Shown here: piece by piece, positions 23,407 to 35,400 of the stretch
How the letters are laid out: every line of letters starts with the position of its first letter
Position numbering within the stretch: position 1 is the stretch's first letter
DNA from: Strigamia acuminata
Lineage: Eukaryota
Direction: 5' to 3'
Length of the DNA stretch: 64,000 nt
NCBI GenBank assembly: GCA_949358305.1
Contig: OX442314.1
Span: 22,630,001 to 22,694,000, forward strand
Program-made: the position numbers and the translations under genes
The notes under the pieces: generated by a model
Told to the model about the DNA's origin: nothing
Databases searched by the model: none
The model's input: only the letters and a program-made list of their open reading frames with translations

Positions 23407-26400
23407 TTAAATTGTCAACTTGCCACTGACACCAGCGGAAATAGTTTTCCCGCCTTTTCCTCTCCTCGACGCATTTACTCGGCTTCTGTCACGTGATCTT
23501 CCACGACTCACTGACGTCAGCGTTGAAGTATCAGCCGAGGGGATATGATTGGTTACCGTGTAATACTCGAAAAAGGCACGCGCCAAATTTCGACCCAATC
23601 TCTTGTCTGCTCTCTATTGAGGAACTCTTGGCAACCATTTTTGTTAAGCTGTCTCGCAACCTCGAAAAGGATACATCCTTCTTCCGTGTAAGGCACTAAG
23701 CAACTTAGTTCGCTTCCGTTTTTAGGATGATAACCGAAGAAGGAAACTTCCAGAGTATAACAGTTGGCTTTATCTTTCAAAATACTCGCGAAGTATCTGC
23801 AAAAAAAAAAATGTACACATTTATTTTTATTTACCTGAAAAACACCGGGCGCATCGGAGGAAGCGAGATCTAACAAAAGAATCAATCTCGTGTTTACGAA
23901 TCTCGTGGCACGATAAAAATAGCAACAAGTTTGTCCGATCGTCTCGTTTGTGTTAATTCTTTATTGAATGCGCCTAGTGAGAATCTGTCTGTCATGCGAC
24001 TGTTTAAAGCAATTTCGTTATGGAGAATCAGACGTCAACACTCATTTCCACACTGACGCATGCCCACGCCTTTCCGCATAACGCATGGCTACGAACGTGA
24101 TGTGAGCATCGTGACAAGCCACTACACCCGACTCATGAAAAGCAGGCATTATGCATGCCACTGCGCACGCGCACCATCCATTTCCGGTGTGCTAGAGTAG
24201 ACATCCCATCACATATCCCTGGTCAGAGATCCTTTTAGGAATTAGAGAGACGCAACGTGTCCACGCCAGTTTCCCCCTATGGGCCATTGATAAGAAGCGT
24301 TTCTATGGTAACCGCAGTTTCCGCGATGAAGTCACGCGCGCAATGGGTCCTGGTGGAGCTCCACATTCATCCGCGGTTCACTCGATTCGACTGACCTAAA
24401 TGGCGATGTTTGACTTTTGTTTTCCTCTCGCCCGCTCGCTCGCTCGCTCTCTCTCTCTTTTCTCCGCCTCGGTTTCCATGGCAACTGTTGCTAACACTTG
24501 GCCAAATGAAATGGAAAATGAGCAAGGGCAGGCATTAACTTGTTTGAATTGCATGAATGAATTATTGAGACATCGTTCTCTCCATAGGAAACTAGTCGAT
24601 TAGAAATTTCAAAACATTGGCACCACTTTTCTTTCCCCTACTCTTTTCCATTTCCACAGCCACGCATTGTCTCACGCATTGTCAGCCGAGGCTTTAGTCA
24701 TAACAAAGAAATATCGGAATCGATATATGGCGGCGCTCAATCGTAATTTAAAGACGGTATTAACTCGCGTTATTTGCCTTTTCATCATTCCTAGCGCCTA
24801 CACTTTTCTCGCACACTCAAACTCAAACCGGTCGTCTCTTCTCTTCTCCCAACCAAATGACGTCAATGCACAACTGCGTGCTAGCGAGAGAGCAATGAGC
24901 GGCACACACCAAACCAGACAAATTGTATATTCAATTCAGTTACACGTAACTTGGTTTAGCAACCAAATATTCCTTCTTTTCTTATTTCTTATTTCGATTT
25001 CCAATGCGCATACAAAATTAGATAAGTTGTTGCTACTATTTAAAATTTGCAATTGCATCTCTCTCGTCTCGTTCTACCTACGAATAGATCTCGTTCTAAT
25101 TATACAAAAACGAAGAAACTACGATGCGAACAGCTCGCCTGGCCACAACTTTATTTTAGTCACGTTTGCCGAATTGTTTTTCATTCCCAAAAGAGACAGC
25201 ATTTTGCATTTCCAATAAAAATTCTTATTTCAAAAGAAAATAGGACTTGCATCGTAAATAAATTCAATTCACTAACAAAAGTAGATTAAGTAAAACTCCA
25301 GTATTGACTGGAAATCGATAAAGCAGACGAAATCGTTCGTTCCTATCCACTATCCACCCTTCGATTTTAAACCAATAATATCGACCGCTCAACCGCTCAA
25401 CCGCTCACTCACATATTTTTTTCCAAACAACATTTTCTCGCAAACGTTACAAGACTTTAAAATCAACCTTTTTGAAAAACACGATTTTTCAATTGCGCTT
25501 CACGTTTCCCGAGTAAATATGACTAAGGAGTTAGCATACTTTTATCCAAATAAGATAAATAATATCAAAGAAAACCGTAAACTTATTTAAACTTGTACCG
25601 GCATCAAAAACGCCTGGCTTTTCAAAGATGCCAGTCCCTTAACACATCTGCGCATGTGCATTTTTTCCTCTCCCTGACCCACGAGCTGGAAATTACTCAG
25701 CGCTTTTTTTCCCTCCCGTCCAATGGAACAATCAAACTGCACAGGCACGCCACTGGAATACGCAACAATACCCTAGGGTGGTTGCTATGGAAACTGCATT
25801 GCCATTTCCCATCCCACCCTTCTCCGTTGCCATTCCTTCCGTTCACCTCGTTATAACCAACTCCACAGAGACTGCAGCTTTAAATGAATATCAAATTCGT
25901 ACCATTTGCTGCCTCATCATTTTACACCGCGCTTTTTCTAATCGACCATTTTTTTTCCTTCTCTCTCTCTCTTTCTCTCCTGTCTCCTTCGTATTTTCCT
26001 CTCTTGAATTTTCACCTTCGTGCTGTTCCGTTTTTGTTCGGATCCCGGTTGTAAACCGACGCTGCTGGATTGAAATCTTCGGCAACTTGACCCAGCAGTT
26101 TAGGAAAGAGCGAATGTCTCTCTGCCCTGTATACATCATCGTACTGATTACCATAAACGAAGCTCCCCTTCAGGCTCGAATGTGCGTGGATGTCGATGAA
26201 GAAATCCAAATCAACAGTCTAGAAAATTAATAAATAAATAAAAATTAAAAAAAAACTAAATTAAAAATAAATTCCACAAATATAATGTTTACAAACATAC
26301 GCCCACAACTGGCGACCTACGTCACTACTTACGCTATCGCCATTCAGCTGACGTAAGAGGTTTTTAGTGGCGTACAGCGTCGGATGAGCCCATGGATTTG

Positions 26401-29400
26401 CATCCGCCCAACTGCGATTCAGATCAAACCCCATCATAGAAGTCCTGCAATAAAACGCACTTTAACATTATTTTTATTCCTTCAGAAGAAGAAGAAGAAA
26501 AAGAAGGAAAGCAAGAAAAAAAGAGTAAAATAGGTTAAGTAATGATTGCACTTCTTATTTGTGCATTCAAGAACGAATACATTGGGTCAACACATTGGTC
26601 ACGTTTGCAGCAATTCAATGTTGGTAACGAACCACTGCTACATCGACTGAAAATTAAGCCTACTTCAATTCGTTATAACAAGGTTTTAAGTCGCATAAAG
26701 GGGAGGGAAAGGGAAAAAGGAAAGAAAAACTAAGGGGCAGTAAAGGACCCCCTCCCTTCTTCTCTTTTCCATCCATTTTCTTATCTTCAACTACCAGAAG
26801 TGGCCGAACTCATTTGCATTGGATAGCCCTGGTGGTAAAATTGAGTATTAAACGTCGTTCAAAACACCTCCGTCATGCGCCGTTTTCGCTCCCGTGGCAC
26901 GATAAGGAAACACGATTCCTTTTGATGCTTTTGTTTTGCACTAACTTTCCCACAGGAGCTCGACTTGGCAGGCAGCCAGCAAAAGCAAAGGCAAACGTAA
27001 AAGAGCGCTCTTATTAAAAGCCAGCAGCTAAAGGAAATGACAGCGCACGAATTACATACTCATACTCTCACAATGGCTACATCAACGTTTCTAATTAGCA
27101 GCGCTCCTAAAAGACACGAGAAACTCAACAAAAAAATCACTTTAAGAAATTAAATTAAATTAAATAATATTTCCCCAAAAATATTTCCAAAAAATATTTC
27201 TGCTTTTTTCATATTGTCCGAGCTTTATACACATCTTTTGACATCAAATCCATAACCGAGATCAAGTAATATTGCTTGCCTTCAAAATAGAGACTCGAAG
27301 CTTACTCTGTCTATACATCAAAGACATATCGATGAGATCACTTCATTTTTCCATCAGCCTCGTCTGAAATATTTTTTTTTACTATTGTATATATTGAATT
27401 TGTTAGAATTTTGTATTCGACCAGCTAATGTCCGAGGCTGTAGCATCACAACTACAAAATAATCTACATACATAGATATGTTTTGATTTTACTGAACCAA
27501 CGTCTGAGGCTTCCCTCGCGAACATGAGAAGGATTCAAACTCGGTCGGGAGGAATAGAATTTCTTTTCAGGGTAGGAAAAAAGATAAAAAATAAAAAAAA
27601 AAAAAAAAACCAAAAATATAGGCCTTTATATATATTTTGCAAGAAAAAGAGACACTCTTGATAAAAGTTAAAAACAACGTTCATCCGACTTCTCCATGTC
27701 GGCATTGCAGCATGTTGTGAAGCGTAAAGTAAAGCAGACCTTAAAACTACTCGTAAAATGCGCTGAAATTTGCCTCAAGATCATAATAATCTTCCTTCAT
27801 GCTGGCTACCAAAGTTGTAAATCTCGTATTTTATATTACTTTGATATTAAAATTACCTAACCCAAAAACCAAACCACATTTATTCAAAAAACTAACGTGT
27901 TTATGAATTTTTTGTTGCTCAACTTGTCAAAATCTACAAGATAAACTCTTAAATTACAAACAAACGAAACGTATGATCCACGAACATGTTTTTCTCAAAG
28001 ATTCTCTCACTCCACTAGTGAATTGCAATCTAAAAATACCTACGAGGTATATTTTCCTTAGAAACCAAACAAAACATTTGCTCTAGATAAATACTCAGTT
28101 ATTTTCTAAATGGCAAACGTACCTATAATTTCCAAGAAAGACTCCATCAGGATTAAGCATGGGAATGACCTTAAAAGTCACATTATCACGCAATACTTGA
28201 ACCATGGCATCATCACTCACCAAAAAATCAACAAGTCCTTAAAAAAAAGACAAAAAAAAGACAAATCACATATATTTTCTCAAACAATCCAATTAACTGC
28301 ATAAAAGATTTCGCTTTAATTTATTTCCAAAATGAGATTTTTTCGAAAATGCGAGTCACTTTGGTGCAATAAATCACAAAAACACGCGAGAAAAAAAGAG
28401 CAAGCAATCTTTGATGCACCTCCAAAATGGCATATTCAAAGTCGATCATCACCTTGCACTATATACGACGCTGGCGTCTCACCAGGATGAACGCGAGACG
28501 TGATGACCACCGTTTTCCGCTGTTTTGCTCCACTTTCCCCTTTGCCGATGGTCACAACGGACAATGGACGATGTTGCTATGGAAACGGAGCGGATTAAGT
28601 GATCGTGGTGAAAATAAAGCACTCAACAAACGTCAAAACAAAAGCGCAATCGTCAAAAGACGAAGAAAAAAAAATATATATATATGAATTGCGTTACCAA
28701 GGCGATGACAGCATCCCATAGGCGCTGTTTGCATTCGCAACCCCCTTAGAACGAATTCTAGATTTAAGCTGGGATTTAGAAATAAGAAGAGAAAAATCTT
28801 CAAAGTAATTGGCATCGCCATGGAAACCGCGTTATAAAAACAAACCAAAGGGCAAACCACTTGTTTTTATTGAATCAAATAGACCTAGCAACTCATTAAT
28901 GGGGGTAGAGGAAGGAAGGCGGACCAAGAGGAAAGGGGTAATTTAATTGTGCCTACACCTGACTCAAGAAGGACGTTGATAACTCAATTATACACCTTTC
29001 CTTGCCTGCCACCCTCCACTACACTTTTAACAAGGTGTTCTTTGATTGACCTTACCTTAAGTGGAGAGAAGAGAAGAAAAGAGAAGGGAGTCGCCGACTT
29101 GCCTCTCATCTCTCATTTCTCTGCTTATTGATAAATTACACTATTAATTTCATTCACTCGCGTTTGATTTCGATCGTTACGTCAGTTTTAACCGAGCAGT
29201 GCCACTGAAACACTTTTAATCCTATTATTTACAAAGTCAGAAACCTTAATGTTGCTTCAGTTTTCAACCACTGGGACCCTGAAGGGATGAAACGACCAAA
29301 CGAGTCACTCTTGAAATTACAGTTTAGGGAGCAGTGCGTGCAATCAAAACTGAAAACACCTCACGTTTCAACACGTTTATCAAAAACACACTACAAAACA

Positions 29401-32400
29401 GATATAAACATTTCTCAGTAAAGCTCATGTTTTTTAATTTGTTTTTTTCGTTTCAGCACAATAATTTTCTTGTTTTTAAGTGTGTCGTTTCTTCACGACC
29501 GCTTATTTCATATTTCGTGCGTGTTCTTGTAACTTATCTGGTAAATTTACTATATAATACGTTTATTTATATCGTACTATTGTGATAAGTTGACATTATT
29601 TTCAAAAATTTAATGGATCCATAAAATGACTCTGTGCTTTCTAAGTCTAACTTAATCGTTCAACAAAAAAACTAAGCATTACCATTCTAAGTTTTGGTCT
29701 TTTTATGTGAACTTGTGTCATAAAACCCGATCTTTCAACTTTAAAAAATAAAAAAAAAAAATCGAAGAGAAGAATGGGATGATCTTAACCGGAAGTAATA
29801 TTGAATAAATTTAGTTGGATTTAAATTTTGAATCACACTCTTCTATTTTATTTAAAGATTTTTGATTTTTTTTCCATTCCCATTTTTACCTTCCATTAAC
29901 CCCACATCCTCCTATGATAATACAGGGACAGTAAAATCCAACTCTCTGCTTCCTCATGGTTACCCTGGATACACAGCGTTGGCGGTTTCAAGTTAGCTCC
30001 GCTCAATAGGATCTCTGCCACGTAGCTTGGATTTGGATCTAGGGACGGTTTATGGTTTGCTTTGCAGCATATTTTTAGATCTTTCTCATCCGCGCAAAGA
30101 AAAATCGAATTTAAACAAAAAGAAAACACACAAAAAAACGTTTATGGAGTTTCTGTAAACAGAAATGATATCAAAAACAGCCGAAAACCATCACCAAAAA
30201 CTGGAGTAGTTGGGTTTTGGTTTTTACAACCAAATTCAAAATGGCTACCACAAAAGTTCGATCAAAGCGAAGTTTCCAATCGTTTTTCTAGTTTACAAAA
30301 ACATCCAAAAACCACAAAAACAGAAATTTAGAATGCACCTACCGAGTACTGACACGACATTATTTATTAGTTTCGACTCTTGATGCCAAACTTGACTTTT
30401 CCAAGTTCGAAAATTAATCCCAAACCCAAAACTATATAACATAAAGAAGACGTATGTTGTTGACAGATGGAACCGCCACTTGCAACAAATCAAATAACCG
30501 TCAATTTTTATGACGTCAATATTATACGTCACACACACTCCAAATTACACCTTAAATCTCACAGGATAACATGGAGGCAGCGTACAAGAGCAAGAGGGGA
30601 GAAAGAAGAAAACGTTATTTGAAAAAATTCAATCGGCAATAACGAGACGCGTCGTTATAACGAGATTAAGAGCACGTGCAATCGCAAACCCCGCTAGAGC
30701 GCGTGTTGACTTATTTTTCCCAAATGCTAATGTGAAATCGGATGCCAACAAAACGAAGGCTGTCTCATTGAATTTGTCAAGCGCGGTGTTGGCCATTAGA
30801 TAGAGACGAGACAAGCCAACAGCAGCGTCTCAGTGGTCGGATTGGGTGTCTCGACCGATGCCATTCTGAATTAAGTGAGCGGACAGCCACCTAACCGACC
30901 ACCGGTCATCCGTCAACTGGTGTACACAATTAAAATCACATTAAATTTTAAACACGCCGCATTTTTCGCCCCCTGCAACGCGCGCAAATTGACTACAAAC
31001 CATTTCCACTTTTTCCAACCATTCGAAAAGGGAACGTTTGAAAACCGCACACATCAATTGCAACAAATTGGCCACGAAAAATTTCATTGCATCTTTCACC
31101 TGTCACCGAGTGAGTGGCAGGCGCAATTATCCACTCACGACTAAATAGCAAGAGGACGGACGGCACAGAACAGATGCAACTCACCAGACTAAAACCAATT
31201 ACTTCCGCGGTCAAGAATGGAAGTTTCAATTTCTCCAATTCTTCCAAATAAGTCTGTAACCTCGAATACGAGTACGGGTACGAGTAAGCAAAGTGGTAGA
31301 CATCGTCCTCTCGGTCGAATCCGAAAATGTACGACAACACGTAATGATTCTTGTGCTCGGGGCTCACGTAGTAGTACACGTACTTGTTCGGCAGCTTTCT
31401 CCTGAAACGAAACAATAAAGAAAACAAACTTTAATTTAATGTAATCACAATTAGGAAGAAACTAACACGGTTTTGCCGTTTCTCAACCATTTTTATACCG
31501 TAATAAAGACACATCAACATAAAAGTCGTCATTTCAATTTGAGCAGATTAGAATCCTTCTGCTGGATTCCATTACAAGAGCTCTGCAAAAGAGCAGGTGC
31601 AAAAGCTGTTTGCAAAGTCTGTTGTTTTCATTTACTACACAAGCTTGGCCTGGTGATTCGAGCAACTCTACTAATTCTTCACATCTGCATTCAAATGCCC
31701 TATACCCTATTCTATATATATATATATATACATCGCAATTCATTTGCATCAAATCGCACTATTAACTTTTCAAATAACTCGTCTCGCACGTGCCAAAAAC
31801 CGAACGCTTCCATTCCAACTTAAACCAATAAATTGACTGATAGTTCCGCAAAAAATTAATAATCATACAGAGAAAAAGTTGTCACCAGATGGTTCGAAAA
31901 CCCAGCAGGTCACGTCTACAGTTTGGAGCCATCTGGTGTCAATTTTTCTCAAATTTATCGTTCGAATCTAACTCTACAATCATTTCCAAGGGGATTTCAT
32001 GCATGAAGTGGCAAAAAGGTCAAATCCCAAGCACGCTGTCTGGTGACTCAATACTATATCCTCTAAGGTGCCTTTTTCATCAGCCTTAAGTTGATGTCTC
32101 GCAAGCAAACCCCACATCACTAATTGTTTGGTCATCCGTCCACAAGACGCACAATTTGCTCATATCAACACTTATTCGTCTTCTACTCACTCCTGACACT
32201 CGAAAAACTCATTTCCTTAAATCATCAACTCAATTCCGCTTCTAGAAAATGCAAAAACATAAATTCTTAAGCTCATGTGCACTTTTTTTTTCTCCATCTT
32301 TTTTTTTTTTAATAAAAGCTGCAAATCCGCATCTATGAGCATGCAGCCACATGTAAAATAATATTTTTTTTTTTTTTTACAAAAAAGAAGAAAATTCTTT

Positions 32401-35400
32401 CAAAAAGAGATTCTAATTCCACTAATATCAAACCAATTCTTCTTTTCCCAATCACTCCCGGCTTAAACTCGCGAAGAAAAGAGCGCAACTTCGGTAAAAC
32501 GCACCTGCAAGCTAAGTAATGGAGCCGCGTAATCGAGGACAGGTTTTGGTTTGTTTTACTTAATTGTCTCATCGGGCTCAGATGATAGAGACTAATTTAC
32601 AGCTAATTGTACAATTAACTCCTCAAATTAATTTTTGGGTCCACAACAGAAATTGTCCTCAGACCGGACCCTACCCTTTAACTTGCTCCAGCTACTAATT
32701 AGGCCTAACGTGACACGGGGGTTGAATCTCCCGGGATTTATTCCGTACACCAAATTGCCGTATTCCACGTGGAAATTAGATAAACCCTTCCCTGACGTCA
32801 TTGATAACACCCATCTCCCCTTTCCTCTAATACCAATGTATAACCTCGCTATAAAACCAAATATCCAATTAAACGAGAAATTCCTTCTAACAAGGTTTCC
32901 TCTCTCCCCGCCCGCACGTGTACTTGGACACAAGAAGTGTTTATTCATACCGGTGACATTTAACTTGTCACCTATGCCAGGTGATTGACAATACAAGTAA
33001 CGCCACAGTGTGACGGTTTATGTAAACACGACAGCAGGGAGTATCTTTGTTTTATTTCTTTTTATTTATTTGGCCACACTCTCGAGTGCAAGCGTTCGTC
33101 TAGTGGCTATCTTCGATATTTTTTTACAGCTTCACCGTCTGAATAATTAATATCAAGTGGGCCATCCTGTTGAGTGTGGACAAACAAAAGTACGTCGTAA
33201 AAAACACCCAACCATCATGGCCGACATCTCGAGAGACGAATAAAATGATATCACTTCCATTCCATACCACTACAATATATCTCACAATATTTATTTACCA
33301 AGATAATGTAACCCTACCAGAAACTCGAGTCCGACAATAGTACAAAAAAAAATAAAATAAATAAAAAAAATAAAATAAAAAATTAATAAAGGCCAAACAC
33401 GATATATTTTCTCGCAACAAGCTCTTCCTTAGCAACGGTTGCTAAGGCCATTTCAAACTCATTAACGTTCCGAGTGGAATCCTGCCTTCAATTCACGGCG
33501 CGTTCTTCTTAATGGAGACGAGGAGGCTCCAACGGACCCTTCTCGCAACCTGGAAATCAACATTTGCACTTGTTTCCATGGTAACATTCAATGATTCAAA
33601 TTTTTTGCCCTCAAAAAAAAAAAAAATAATCCTCAAAGTCTGATAAACGCAAAGTCTTATTTCCCTTTTCACTCTGCCCAAATGAACAAACATGGCGTGT
33701 GTAACGGAAACATTCCGTGCTAAATAGCAATGACTAAATCAACGCTCATTATCGTTACAACAACAAAAGGAAAAAAAAAAATCTAAAAATGTTTTCAGAT
33801 CCATATTCCTTAATTAGCGATCTTTTCCAAACTCTTCCCCCCCCCCCGTATTGAATTTACAATAAAAATAAAAACAAATGATTAAACGTTAATTATTTCA
33901 ATATCAATCAGCCCCTCGTTACAGCGAAATAAGTCAAAGCAAAAACACAGCACTCCTGGGCGGAAAAAAAGCGAGATGAACTCGATAACAAATAACCTCC
34001 AACAACCCAGTCACGTATAACCCTAAAAAGAAAATACAAGTAATCACAATAAACTTTTAACAAACAACCATCAGAAATTTTTTTTATGGTTCCAACCGGA
34101 ACTCGATGGCCAAACTTCATATTACGAGATCACCAAGCACACACACACACACACATACAAGCACATTGCACTAAACTAAAAGGGTGTGCGCATTTCAAAT
34201 ACCAAGTCACCGCCTCGTTTATGCATAATTTAATATCACATATACTACGACATGTTAAAAGCTCCGCCCAAAGGGTAGGCTTCTCCTAAAACAATACAAA
34301 AAAGCCATTAAAATCACAAATGAGCTTGGCATTACTACTCACTTATTTCCCATCATGCGCCCTACAGAGTGAATCACGACTCGCGTAGCCTCGAGGATAA
34401 GCTTCAACCATTAATAAAAATCCCGGATGCCAGCGAGGAAATGAATCGAATCCAATAGACAAAATCATAAAAAAAAATATGGAGAAGAAAGAGGATTGTG
34501 GGAGATTCAATCCGGTACCCCGCTTAAACTTGATCATTTAGATTATAATTAAAACATTCATTTGATTCCAACATACAAGTTGCTTTCACCGCGCTACGTT
34601 GCGCTACGTTAAACTACTCTTTAAAACTAGTTGTATAAATGTAGTGCGAACACAGCTAGCTTATTCTAAGCTGGTTTATCAGTTTTGAAAGTAGATATAA
34701 TTATCTAGTTTTGGGAACTGGATAAGCAAGTTATAAGCTAGCTTTACTAGCTTGTGATGTCATGCTACCCAGAATGCATTCCCATTGCAAGACAAACCAT
34801 TATGACTACCATGTCAACCACACGGAGAATACTAAATAAATACTATGTAAATAATTTGGCTTTTGAATGTAGGTGAATAATTATTTGATTTTTTAAATTG
34901 CAGATTCCCTAATTAAATAAAATAAGAAAATAAATTCAGTAGCTGCATTCAAAAACTCTAAAACGTATGCAAAACTCGTTTCGTGTTTGTACGAGGACGT
35001 TATTCCCATTACTTCAATTTTAAACCAAAAATGACATCATTTCCTGTTTAAACCAATGTTAAAACTTAAAATACACTTAAACTAAAATTGTTATTTTAAT
35101 TTTTGAATGCAGCTAGTGATTGATCAATCACGGTATGTTATGGCGTTCGTAGTGCCTCCAGTGCCACAAACTTAGAAAAATAAAAAATAAAAAATAAGAA
35201 ATAAAAAGTTAATTAGCTAGGTACACAATTCTGTTTACCTTTTGAAGCACAGCACAGTTTGCTTTCTCAAACTGTTAATATGATTGGTTTGTGTGTAGTG
35301 TACCATCCCTGTAAATCAAGCTAATATTGTTTACTTTGATAACCGTGATTTCATTTTTATGCTTTATGCGCTATAAAACTCAATCTCTCTCCTTTCTGTC

